Source: Thermoanaerobaculia bacterium (GTDB lineage Bacteria > Acidobacteriota > Thermoanaerobaculia > Multivoradales > UBA5704). Taken from it: 64,000 nt of DNA. A program made the position numbers and the translations under genes. The stretch covers positions 5,635-69,634 of the forward strand of contig DATBAW010000600.1 of the NCBI GenBank assembly GCA_036271335.1, read 5' to 3'. The notes beneath the pieces were generated by a model, which saw only the letters and a list, made by a program, of their open reading frames with translations, ran no database searches and was not told the DNA's origin. Every line of letters starts with the position of its first letter. The first letter of the stretch is position 1. Shown here one piece after another: positions 50,237 to 61,400 of the stretch.

Positions 50237-50359
50237 TGTAGAGACGCCCCGTGGGGCGTCTCCGCGGCGGAGATAACGGCTCAGCCGCCCCAACGACCCG
50301 GCGCCGGTCACCGAGGACCGCCGCTTCGGAGACGCCCCACGGGGCGTCTCTACAGTGGG
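50232..50359. repeat. REP family F: 32-bp perfect inverted repeat, 64-bp spacer
   Basis: cccactgtagagacgccccgtggggcgtctcc (50232-50263) and its exact reverse complement (50328-50359). Each arm contains the palindrome gagacgcccc-gtggggcgtctc. Confidence 0.9.
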
Positions 50360-50381
50360 GGGGCACTTTCCAGATACCTTC

Positions 50382-50780
50382 TTAGGCATTTGCGCCCTCC
50401 GCCAGCAGGCGGCGCAGCTCATCGAGGTCGGCCGGCTTGGTCAGGTGGGTGTCGAAACCCGCCTCCTGGGCCCGCCGGCGGTCCTCTTCCTGGCCGTAGC
50501 CGGTGAGCGCGATGAGATAGGCCGACCGCAGCTCGGGGTCGGCGCGGAAGGAGCGGGCGACGGCATAGCCGTCGAGCTGGCCGGGGAGCCCGATGTCGCA
50601 GAGGACGACCTCGGGCCGGAAGCCGCGCGCCTTCTCCACTCCCTCGACGCCGTCATAGGCGACCTCGGCCTCGTGGCCGATGAGCTGCAACAGCAGGCTC
50701 AGACTCTCGGCCGCGTCGACGTTGTCCTCGATGATCAGGCAGCGACGGAGCTTTTCCGTACCTGCGGCAGGATCAGCCAT
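50382..50780 (-). CDS. Single-domain response regulator (REC)
   Basis: CLIIEDNVDAAE, VLCDIGLPGQLDG, IALTGYG, HLTKP. Confidence 0.9.
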   Translation of the reverse strand: MADPAAGTEKLRRCLIIEDNVDAAESLSLLLQLIGHEAEVAYDGVEGVEKARGFRPEVVLCDIGLPGQLDGYAVARSFRADPELRSAYLIALTGYGQEEDRRRAQEAGFDTHLTKPADLDELRRLLAEGANA

Positions 50781-50871
50781 GGCTCTCTCCTCATTCTCCG
50801 CATTCGTGAAACCGCCTCTCTTGATCCAAGAACCATGCCAGTCATCGAAGGCGGGCCTAGGGGAGGAAGGC

Positions 50872-50957
50872 TGGTGCCGGAAGCGGGACTCGAACCCGCA
50901 AACCCTTTCGGGCGGAAGATTTTAAGTCTCCTGCGTATACCGTTTCGCCATTCCGGC
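50872..50957 (-). tRNA. tRNA-Leu (anticodon UAA), type II with long variable arm, CCA encoded
   Basis: Reverse complement: GCCGGAATGGCGAAACGGTATACGCAGGAGACTTAAAATCTTCCGCCCGAAAGGGTTTGCGGGTTCGAGTCCCGCTTCCGGCACCA. Acceptor GCCGGAA/TTCCGGC, anticodon loop CTTAAAA, T-arm GCGGG-TTCGAGT-CCCGC. Confidence 0.9.
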
Positions 50958-51193
50958 GGCGGGCAAATTCTACAGCGAGGAGGCGCCTTTTCGCTGTTCC
51001 GCGGGCCGGCAAGTCGGCTGCGCCCACGTCCGGGGCGAGCGGTCCCGGCTCCGGGACCGCCGGCCCCACCCCTGGGACCTCCCGGTCGGGAGGGCATCTC
51101 ATACGCCACACGCCCTGGGCCGGGAGGTGGTTGGGAGCCCGAACGCCTGGGCCGCAAAACCAGCGGAAGCCATGGTATGCTCGTCGCCGACGA

Positions 51194-51227
51194 GCCCCAG
51201 GGGATTTCCCCTGGGGCTTTTCCTTTT
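51194..51227 (+). terminator. Terminator-like hairpin plus T-rich tail about 30 nt upstream of the 51255 start codon
   Basis: gccccagggga-tt-tcccctggggc (11-bp perfect stem) followed by ttttcctttt. No + strand gene lies upstream of it. Confidence 0.4.
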
Positions 51228-51254
51228 GGCCCGACTTTCCGGAGAGGACCCAAG

Positions 51255-51692
51255 ATGACCGACGACGACTTCGTCCGCAGCTTCGAGGACTGCACGCTCC
51301 CCAACAGCGCCTTCCACCACCGGGACCACGTCCGGCTGGCCTGGATCTACCTGCGGCGCGAGCCCGCGCTGGACGCCCTGGCGCGCTTCACGGCCAGCCT
51401 GCGGCGGTTCGCCACCTTCCACGGCCACCCCGGCCTCTACCACGAGACGATCACCTGGGCCTTCCTCTTCCTGATCCACGAGCGGATGGCCGATACCGAC
51501 GAGGGTGCCGACGAGGGTGCCGGCGAGCGCGACACCTGGGAGGAGTTCGCGGCGCGCAACCCGGACCTGCTGACCTGGAAGCCCTCGGTCCTCGATTCCT
51601 ACTACGCCCCGGAGACCCTGGAGTCCGAGCGCGCCCGGCGGCTGTTCGTCCTGCCGCGGCCGAAAGGTGCGTCCGGAGCGGAAACGCTTTAG
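51255..51692 (+). CDS. Hypothetical protein (145 aa)
   Basis: [33 protein letters not shown]... Coding-like composition, GGAGAGGA RBS. No family recognised. Confidence 0.55.
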   Translation: MTDDDFVRSFEDCTLPNSAFHHRDHVRLAWIYLRREPALDALARFTASLRRFATFHGHPGLYHETITWAFLFLIHERMADTDEGADEGAGERDTWEEFAARNPDLLTWKPSVLDSYYAPETLESERARRLFVLPRPKGASGAETL

Positions 51693-51721
51693 AATCAGAC
51701 GAAACGAGAGAGGAGAGAGCA

Positions 51722-52165
51722 ATGCTCAAGGAATTCAAGGAGTTCGCGGTCAAAGGCAACGTCCTCGACCTGGCGATCGGGGTGATCATCGGCGCCGCCT
51801 TCGGCAAGATCGTCACCTCGCTGGTGGAGGACATCATCATGCCGCCGGTCGGTCTGTTCCTCGGCCACGTCGACTTCTCGAACCTCTTCCTCAATCTGTC
51901 CGACAAGCCGTACGACAGCGTCGCCAAGGCCAAGGCCGCCGGCGCGCCGACGCTCAACTACGGCATCTTCCTCAACAACGTGCTGAGCTTCCTGATCGTG
52001 GCCTTCGTCGTCTTCCTGATCGTCCGCGCCGTCAACCGGATGCGCCGCGGCGAGGAGAAGCCGGCGGCGGTGCCCGTGGTCAAGGAGTGCCCCTACTGCT
52101 TCTCACCGATCCCGATCAAGGCCACCCGCTGCCCGCAGTGCACGTCGGAGCTCAGGGCCGCGTAG
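51722..52165 (+). CDS. mscL: Large-conductance mechanosensitive channel
   Basis: [44 protein letters not shown] is the canonical MscL N-terminus. GAGGAGAG RBS. Unusual C-terminal CPYC...CPQC zinc-ribbon-like tail. Confidence 0.92.
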   Translation: MLKEFKEFAVKGNVLDLAIGVIIGAAFGKIVTSLVEDIIMPPVGLFLGHVDFSNLFLNLSDKPYDSVAKAKAAGAPTLNYGIFLNNVLSFLIVAFVVFLIVRAVNRMRRGEEKPAAVPVVKECPYCFSPIPIKATRCPQCTSELRAA

Positions 52166-52209
52166 CGCAGGGGACGGGAGCGGATTTCGGCTATACTCCC
52201 CGGCCACGT

Positions 52210-52285
52210 GGGCCGTTAGCTCAGTTGGTAGAGCAGCGGACTTTTAATCCGCGGGTCTAGGGTTCGAGTCCCTAACGGCCCACCA
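52210..52285 (+). tRNA. tRNA-Lys (anticodon UUU), CCA encoded
   Basis: GGGCCGTTAGCTCAGTTGGTAGAGCAGCGGACTTTTAATCCGCGGGTCTAGGGTTCGAGTCCCTAACGGCCCACCA. Acceptor GGGCCGT/ACGGCCC, anticodon loop CTTTTAA. Confidence 0.93.
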
Positions 52286-52432
52286 TCTGTAACTCCTTCC
52301 CCTACTTGGAATTACCTGTTGTGGCGCGCACTCTCGAGCGCGAGGCCGAGCAGGGCATGATTCAAAGTGTTCCGCGAGACGGAGTAGATGGCTTCGCGGA
52401 GATTGCCGTAGGGCTGACTTGATCCTGTTGGC

Positions 52433-55400
52433 TCAGCGGTCTCTTTCCGAGCGTTGTGAGGCCTGCAAAGCCGTCTTGAGCTCTGCGGCCAGAGTCCGGA
52501 CATAGGGCTCGTAAACCAGCTCGCGGTGAGGACCCGGCACGGGCCGGACCTCCACGCCACCCGCAGCCAGCTCGCGCCAGCGCGTGACCCTCTCTTCGGC
52601 ATCGCCTTCGTCCTCGGCCTGGAAGAAGGTGATCTGCCCCTGATAAAGGCGCGGCACATACGACCCCACAAGGGTGCCGTTCATCTTGATGATGCGCAGG
52701 ACCTCCCGGGCGGCTTCCAGGTCGTAGTCCCCCGGGAGCGCGCCGGACCTCTTGCCCAGCTCGATGACGTAGCGCAGCCGCCCCTCCGAACCCAAATCCT
52801 CCAGCTCCTCGCGCGAGAGGCCAATTCGGTCTCCCAGCAGCTCGCGCAGGATCAGGGCCTCGTCGAGGGATACCGGCTTGCGGCTCTCCGCCTCGGGTGC
52901 CCGGGTGTCGAAGAGCGCCAGAAGTCCGACCTCCTCACCGCGCTCTGCGAGTTGCCGCGCGATCTCGAAGGCGATCACTCCGCCGAAGGACCAGCCCGCC
53001 AGCAGGTAGGGCGGACGCGGCTGGACGGTCCGCAGAGCCTCCAGATAGACGGTGGCCATCTCCTCCAGGCTGCCGTATAGCCGCTCCTGACCGACCAGGT
53101 GCAGCGCGTCGAGGCCGTACAGAGGCTGGTCCTGGCCGAGATGGCTGGCGAGAGGCTGATAGCAGAGGGCGCTTCCCCCCAGCGGATGGACGCAGAAGAG
53201 TGGAGGTAAGGCGCCCCTCGGCTGGAGGGGCAGCAGCGGCGTGCGGACCATCCCGTCGCCCGGCTTTCGCCGCAGTCGCTGGGCCAGGGCGGCGACGGTC
53301 GGCTCTGCCAGCAGCTCCGCTACCGAGAGTGCCCCCCCGAGCCGCTTCTCGACGCGGGTCAGGAGCGGCAGCACCAGGAGGGAATGACCGCCGAGGTTGA
53401 AGAAATCGTCCTCCACACCGACCGGCCGCACTCCCAGGATCTCCTCCCAGATTCCGATCAGATCGAGCTCAATCGCATCCCGGGCCATGACATACCTGCC
53501 GGCCAGGGCCGGCCGCTCGCCGGCAGGGGCCGGAAGCGCGGTCCGATCGAGCTTGCCGTTCACGGTAAGCGGCAGAGCCGCGAGCTCCACGAAGGCGGAT
53601 GGCACCATCGCGGCCGGCAGCCGGCCGCGCAGGAAAGCGACCAGCTCCTCCACGGCAGGCCCACCCGGGCCAGCGGGCACCCAGTAAGCGACGAGCCGCT
53701 TCTCCCCGGCGGGCTCCTCGCGGGCGACGACCGCCGCCTCGCGGATCCCTGGGTGCTCGCGAAGCGCCCGATCCACCTCTGCCGGCTCGACGCGGAGGCC
53801 GCGGATCTTTACCTGATCGTCGAGCCGGCCAAGGATTTCGAGCAGCCCGTCGAAGCCGTAGCGTCCGCGATCGCCGGTCCGGTAGAGGAGGTCGCTCGGA
53901 TCGTCGCGGAAGGGGTTGCGCAGGAAACGCCGAGCTTCCTCCGCGCCAGGGTCGAGATATCCCAAAGTGCGGAAAGGGGTGCGCAGCACGATCTCACCGG
54001 GCTCGCCGAGGCCGCAGGGCCGGCCTTCCTCCGAGAGCACGAGGGCCTGGGTCTCGGGCAGAGGCGAACCCACGGGCTGGATGCCGGACCGGGGCTCCGC
54101 CGGCACGCGGTACCAGCATTTGGCCAGGGTGGTCTCGGTCGGGCCGTAGAGGTTGATCACCTCCGCGGGCCTCCCGAAAGCCGCGTCCCAAGCCGCCACC
54201 AGATCGGAGGTCAGCGGCTCACCGGCGAAGAAGACGCAGCGCAGGGCGTCGAGGACGACCGCGGGAGAGGCTGCCAGCCAGACGCGGGCGAGCGAGGGCA
54301 CCGTATGGAGCAGCGTGATCCGCTCCCGACGGAGCCAGGCGGGCGTGCCGGGTGAGGCGGCCTCATCGTCCGGACCCGGCAGGCAGACGGTGGCGCCGGC
54401 GGTCAGCGGCGTGAAGAGGTCGCGCAGTACGACGTCGAAGGAAAGCCCGGTGAGCTGGGCCGACCGGTCGCCAGGCCCCACCGCGAAGGTGCGGCGCTGC
54501 CAGGCGAGGAAATGGCTCAGGCCCTTGTGGCGCCCGAGGACGCCCTTAGGCAGGCCGGTGGTGCCGGAAGTGAAGAAGACGTAGACCGGATCGTCGGGGA
54601 GCGGCTCGGCCAGAGCGGCCGGGGGGCCTTCTCCGGCCATTCCGAGCGGCAGTCCGGTGTCCGGCTCGATGTCCAGCGGCTCGATGTCCAGAAGCCCGAT
54701 CGGCCGGTCCGGGACTGGTTGATCCGCGCCTCCCACGCGGATCAACCAGCGCGCGCCGGACTGCCGCAGCATGAGCTCCCGCCGTTCGGCGGGTAGGCGT
54801 GGATCGAGCAGGAGGAGCACGCCACCGGCGCGGGTCACGCCGAAGGCGGCGGCGATGAGACCGAAGCTGCGCGGCCCGGCCACCGCCGCCACCTCGCCCG
54901 GCGCCAACCCCCGGGATCGCAGCAGGCCTGCCAACGTCGCCGAGCTCGCCGCCAATTCGCGATACGTCCAGGCGCGCCCTCCCTGCTCCACCGCCGGTTG
55001 TTCCGGCAGCCGCCCGGCGATCTCCACGAAGGCGGCGAGCCAGGAAGGGATGACCGGCTCCGGGATCGCCACCGCCGGATCGGGCAGCAGGGCGCCGGCC
55101 TCGGGAGTGATCAAAGAGAGCTTGGCGAGCGGGAGTTCCGGGCTCTCGGCCATCTGCTCCAGCAGGGTCTGGAGCTGGCCGAGCAGCTCGCCCACAGCGC
55201 GCGGCGAAAAACGGCGGCGGTCGTACCGGAGCTTCAGACCCAAGCGGGCTCCGGGATTGGCGACCAGGGTCAGTGGGTAGCCGGTCCGCGAACGGATGCG
55301 GTGGGCGCCCAGCCTCAGCGCCCCGCCGCCGCGGGCCTCTTCGGCGGTCCCGAGGGGATAGCTCTCGAAGACGACGAGACTCTCGAACAGCGGTATTCCA

Positions 55401-58400
55401 CGGGGAACATCGCTCCACCCCTGCACCTCCACCAGCGAGCTGTGCTCCAGCTGCCGCAGCTCCGTCAGGCGCGCCTGGAGCGCCGTGAGCCACGGCAGTA
55501 CGAGGCCCACGACGGGCGGCACCCGCACCGGCAGGGTGTTGAGGAAGAGCCCGGTCATGGTCTCGATCCCGGCCAGGTCCGGCGGTCTTCCGGAGACCAC
55601 TTCGCCGAAGAGGACCTCCGGCTCACCGCTGAGGCGGCCGAGGAGGACGCCCCAGGCACCCTGGACGATCGACCCAAGGGTGAGCCGGTGACCCTGTGCC
55701 AGCGTCTGGAGGGATGCCGTGGCTCGCTTTCGCATCCAGAGCTCGAGATCGCCATAGAGTTCGCCGGCCGGGAGCCCGGAGAGCACCGGACGGTCGACCG
55801 GCAGCGGCGTCGGGACGGTAATTCCCGCCAGCTCCCGCCGCCAGAAGGCCTCCGCACTCGCAGCGTCCTGACGGCGAAGCCAGTCGATGTACTCGCGGAA
55901 GGGGCGCGGACGCGGCAGGTCGAGGTCAAGTCTCTCCCGGCTGGCTTGGTAGAGCGCGAAGGCCTCCTGAAAGAGGAGAGGCATCGACCAGCCGTCGAGC
56001 AGCACGTGATGATGGTTCCAGACCAATTGATGGAGGTCGTCCTCCAGCCGGAAGAGGTGGACCCGGAGCAGCGGTGCGGAAGAGAAGTCGAACCCGCGCT
56101 CACTGGACTCTCGCAGGAAGCTCTCCAACCGCGCCTCCCGCCCGGCGGCGGGCAGGCCGCGCCAGTCCTCGTATTGGAAGGGCAATCGGACCTGGCGGAG
56201 CACGACCTGAACCGGCTCGTCGAGGATCTCCCAGTCGAAGGCTGTGCGCAGGACGGGGTGACGCTCGACCACCTGCTGCCACGCCGCAATGAAGGCCCCG
56301 AGGTCGAGGCTCCCCTCGATCTCACAGCTCAACTGTTCGACGTAGGTTCCCGAGCCCGGCTCCTGGAGCGAACGCAGGAGCATTCCCTGCTGCATCGGGG
56401 AGACCGGGTAGATGTCCTCGATCCGCTCTTTGCCGTGAGTAAACCTGGCGATCAGCCGGTCGAGCTGACCTTGGTCCGCCCGGATCAGCGGAAAATCGGA
56501 CGGGGTGAAGACGTCCGCCGTCTCCTCACGCCCCTGGGCGATGAGAGCGCGAAGCTCGGCCAGGTAGCTGGCGGCCAGGGTCTCGATCGTGCTCCGCCGG
56601 TACTGGTCGCGGCTGTAGCGCCACTGGAAGCGGAGCTGCCCTCCCGCGACCAGGCCGCTGATCTCCAGGCGGTGTTGGCGCTTCCAATCACCGGAGCGGA
56701 CCGAGCCGGCGCTCTCGCCGGCGGCAGTGAGCAGCGCGCCGGCAGAGCTCCCCTGATCGAACTGGCCGAGGTAGTTGAAGCTCACCTCCGGCCGCGGTAG
56801 CGCGGCGAGGAGAGTCGCCGCGCCGCCCATATGGCGCAGCAGGCCATAGCTCAGGCCGTTCTGGGGTACGGCCCGGAGCTGCTCCTTGACCGCCTTCAGG
56901 GCGTCTCTGGCCTCGATCGCTCCGTCGAGATCCAGGAAGACCGGAAAGATGCTGGTGAACCAGCCAACGGTGCGCGAGAGGTCGACGTCGTCGAAGAGAT
57001 CCTCCCGTCCGTGTCCTTCCAACTCGACGAGGAGCGATCGCTCCCCGGTCCAGGCGGCAAAGGCGCGCGCCAGGGCGGTCAGCAGGACCTCGTTGACACG
57101 CGTGCGGTAGGCCGCAGGGATCTCGTGCAGGAGCGCCTGCGTCTCCCCGGCCTCCAACAGCGACGATACCGTCTCGGTCGAGGTCTCACTGCCGTCGTCG
57201 GCCGCCGCCGGAAAGTCGAGCGGCAGGTGAGCCCCCGGCCGGGGGGGGATGCCCGCCCAGAAGCCGAGCTCCCTTTGCACGGCGTCGGTGCCGGCATACA
57301 CGGTCAGGCGCTCCGCCCAACGCTGGAACGAGGCGGTCCGAGGCGGCAGCCGGGGCTCCTCGCCGCGCTCCCAGAGCTCGTAAGCCGCTTGGAGATCCTC
57401 GACCAGGAGGCGCCACGACACGCCATCGATCGCCAGATGGTGGACGAGGAACAGGAGCCGCTGCGGCTCGCCCGACCCAACCTCGAAGAGGACGACCCGG
57501 AGCAGCGGCCCGCCGGCGAGGTCGAGGCTGTGCTGCGCTGCGGCCGACGCCGCCTCGATTCCGGCACTCCGCCGATCGGGAGGCAGGGCCGACAGGTCGA
57601 GGGCGGTGAAGGGCGCGGGCCCTCCCGGGGCGCCGGTCTCCTGGAGCCACGCGCCGGCGTGGCGCCGGAAGCGCAGCCGCAGCGCGGGATGATGCCACAG
57701 CAGGGTGTCCACCGCCCGCGCCAAGGCACCGGCGGCGAGCGGACGCCGCAGCGCGAAGAGGACCGCTTGGTTGAAATGGTGCGGCTCGGCGAGAGCGGCC
57801 TCGAAGAACCAGCGCTGGATCGGCGTGAGCGGCACCGGCCCCGGAGCCGGTTCGGGCTCGACACCGGACGGTCCAACAGCCTCGGCGGCGGCCAGCAACT
57901 CGGCGATGGTCTGGTGCTGGAAGAGCTGCTTCGGGGTGAAGTGCAACCCCTGCTGGCGGGCGCGGGCGACGATCTGGATGCTCAGGATCGAATCGCCCCC
58001 CAGCGCGAAGAAGTTGTCCTCGATCCCCACCCGGTCGGCGCGCAGCACCTCCGCCCAGATCGCGGCCAGCACCCGCTCCCGGGGCGTCTGTGCGGGAACG
58101 AAGCTCTGCGGCGCCGCGAACCGCTCGCCGCCCAAGCGCGAGAGCGCCTGGCGGTCGACCTTGCCGGCGAGGGTCCGGGGCAGGGCCTCTACACGCTCGA
58201 AGGTGGCGGGGATCATCGCCTGGGGCAAGCGCTGTTGCAGGTGTGAGGTGATATCGCCTGCCGTCAGCTGCGCACCAGGGACCGCGACGACGTAGGCGAT
58301 CAGACGGCGCTCGCCGCTCTCCCCCGCCGGGGCCAGGACCACCGCCTCGGCGACCTCCGGGTGCTGGCCCAGGGCGGCCTCGATCTCCCCTAGCTCGATG

Positions 58401-61400
58401 CGGATGCCGCGAATCTTGACCTGATGGTCGATACGGCCCAGGAAGATGATGCTGCCGTCGGCCCGGCTGAGCGCGAGGTCGCCGGTGCGGTAGATGCGCG
58501 CGCCGGGGTCGGCGCTGGCCGGATGGGGTACAAAGCGGCCGGCGGTCCGCTCCGGCTGCCCGAGATAGCCGCGCGCCAGCCCGGCCCCTGCGATGCAGAG
58601 CTCCCCGGGCACGCCGATGGGAGCCAGCCGGAGGTCCCGGTCGAGGATGAGGACCTGCTTGTTCGACATCGGCCGGCCAATCGGCACCGGGTCGAGCCCC
58701 TCTCCCGGCCGGCAGCTCCACAGGGTAGCGTCGATGGCCGCCTCGGTCGGACCGTAGACGTTGTGCAGCGTGGCCGCTGACAGTGCGGTAAAGCGGTCGC
58801 GAACCGCCGGCGGCAGGGCCTCTCCGCCGGTGAAGACGTGGCGCAGGTGGACCGTGCGCGCGAAGTCCGGATGCTCCAGGAGCGCCCGCAGGAACGACGG
58901 GGGGAAGTCGGTGACGGTAACCCCCTGGTCGGCCATCAGGCCGAGCAGGGACGCAGGGTCGCGGTGGAGGTCAGGGCTCGGCAGGACGAGCCGCGCGCCG
59001 CTCCCAAGGGCACCGAAGATCTGCCAGATCGAGGGATCGAACGAGAACGGGATGTTCTGCAGGATACGGTCGGAGCGGTCGAGGGCGAACGCCCGCAGCC
59101 GCCAGCGCAGGGTGTTGACGATCTCCCCGTGCGGGACCATCACCCCAAGCGGCTGGCCGGTCGAGCCCGAGGTGTAGAGGACGTAGGCCAGGTGGCCGGG
59201 CCCCACTCCGCTCGCCAGCGCGGCGTCGCCGTGACGGGAGATCTGCGCGGCGTCGCGATCGAGCCGCACGGTCTTTCCACTGAACGGCGGGAGGGCCGCC
59301 ACCAGCGGCTCCACCGTGATCAGCACAGGCACCCGCGCCTCATCGAGGATGGCGGCGAGGCGTTCGCGCGGGTGCTCGACATCGAGCGGGACATAGGCGC
59401 CGCCGGCTTTGAGAATTCCCAGGATACCGACCAGCATCTCCGGCGAGCGGCGAACCGCGAGGCCGACCGGGACGTCGGGGCCCACCTCCAGCGATCGCAA
59501 ATGATGGGCGAGCCGGTTGGCCTCCGCCTCCAGCCGGCCATAGGTCCACGAACGCTCCTCGCAGACCAGGGCGACGGCCTCTTGGGTCTCGCCTGCCTGC
59601 ACCTCGAAGAGCTGATGCAGGCACCCTTCGGACGCCAGCGCGGGGAAGGCCTCGGCGGTGTCGTTCCACTCCGTCAGGAGCTGATGCCTTTCCGGCGCGG
59701 TCAACAGCGGCAACGCCGAAAGCGGCCGCTCCGGCTGGCGGACGACCGCTGCCAGCAGGCAGTGCAGGTGCTCCAGCAGCCGCTGGACCGTGCTGGCGTC
59801 GAAAAGGTCCGTCGCGTAGTCGGCGAGCACGAAGAGGCCCCCGCCGGTGTCGGTTGCCGACAGCGTGAGGTCGAAGCGCGCCGCGGGCGCCTCGTCCGGC
59901 AGCCGGGAGAGGCGCAGATCCGGCAGCTCCGTCTCGCCCTGCGAGGCGGCGTTCTGCAGGATGATCATCAATTGGAATACAGGGTTGTAGGCCAGGCTAC
60001 GCTCCGGCTGCAGGCTCTCGACCAGCTTTTCGAACGGCAGCTCCTGGTGGACGTACCCCTCCAGCAACACCGATCGCAGCCGGGAGACCAGCTCCGCGAA
60101 CCGCGGGTCGCCGCCGAGATCCGTGCGCAACACCAGCGAATTGACGAAGAACCCGATCAGCCCCTCGACCTCCACGCGGCCCCGATTGGCGACCGGCGTA
60201 CCGACCACCAGATCGTCCCGCCCCGAGGCGCGCCGCAGCAGCACCTGGAAAGCGGCGAGTAGAACCATGAACAGGGTCGCTCCGGAGCGGTGGGCGAGCG
60301 CGGTCAGCTCCTGGGCAAGCGCCGCCGGCAGGAGTGTCGACACTCGGGTGCCGCGGAAGCTCTGGATTGCCGGGCGCGGCCGGTCGCCCGGCAGCTCGGT
60401 CAGCGCCGGAGCGCCAGCCAGCCGCCGGCGCCACCAGGACACCTCCGCGTCCAGCGCCTCACCCCGCAGCCACCCCCGCTGCCAGGCGGCGAAGTCCGCG
60501 TACTGGATCTCGAGCTCAGAGAACGGCGAGGGCGCGCCGCTGGTGAAGGCGCGGTAGAGCGCCGCCATCTCGCGGATCAGGATGCCGATCGACCAGGCGT
60601 CCGCCACGATGTGGTGCACGGTAAGGAGGAGGGCGTGCTCACCGAAGCCGAGGCGGACGAGGAGGGCGCGCAGCAGCGGCGGGCGCGCCAAGTCGAACGG
60701 CGCGTCAGCAGCCGCGCGGCCGAGCCGCCGCACCGCCGCCTCCCGTAGCCCGGGCTCCAGCTCGTAGAGATCGACCACCGGCAGGCCGGGTCGCGCCTCC
60801 GGATGGATCACCTGATGGGCGCGGCCGCCGACAGTCTCGAACCCGGTCCGCAGGACCTCGTGGCGCCGCACGACCTCGCCGAGGGAGCGGGCGAGGGCGC
60901 CGGCGTCGAGGCGGCCGGTCAGCCGGACGCCGGTCTGGACGTTGTAGAGCGGGCTCCCCGGCTCGAGCTGATCGAGGAACCAGAGCCGCTCCTGGGAGAA
61001 CGAGAGTGGGATCTCTCCCTGGCGAGGCACCGCCCGCAGAGGTGGCGCGGCGCTGCCGGCCCCCTCGCGGACGAGGTCTTCGACCCGAGCCCCCAGGGCC
61101 TCGATCGTAGGCCGCTCGAACAGCTCGTGGAGCGGCAGCTCGATCCCGAAAGTCCGCCGGACGCGGGAGATCACCTGGGTGGCTAGCAGCGAGTGGCCGC
61201 CAAGGGCGAAGAAGCTCTCGCCGGTGCCGATCCGATCACGGCGCAGCACCTCGCACCAGATCCCTGCCAGCACCTCCTCGAATGGTGTCCGGGGGGACAT
61301 GAGGGCCTCCCTTCCCTCCAGCCGGGCACACTCCGGCTCGGGCAGGGCGCGGCGGTCGACTTTGCCGTTGGCGGTCAGCGGCAGGCGCTCAAGGGGGACG

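Noticed and set aside
37491-50506. Long + strand ORFs 37491..39026, 39099..41126, 41372..43432, 44025..45752, 46227..48341 and 48392..50506
   Set aside because: All are antisense to motif-supported minus-strand genes (ABC-2/M1 fusion, PP2C, kinases, TonB receptor). These are typical GC-rich shadow frames.
52286-52432. Possible integrase/transposase remnant next to tRNA-Lys (tail of ORF 52312..52671: ...YGNLREAIYSVSRNTLNHALLGLALESARHNR)
   Set aside because: Only ~40 codons lie outside the NRPS gene. There is no recombinase motif (R..H..R..Y) or other recognisable signature, so this cannot be distinguished from chance.
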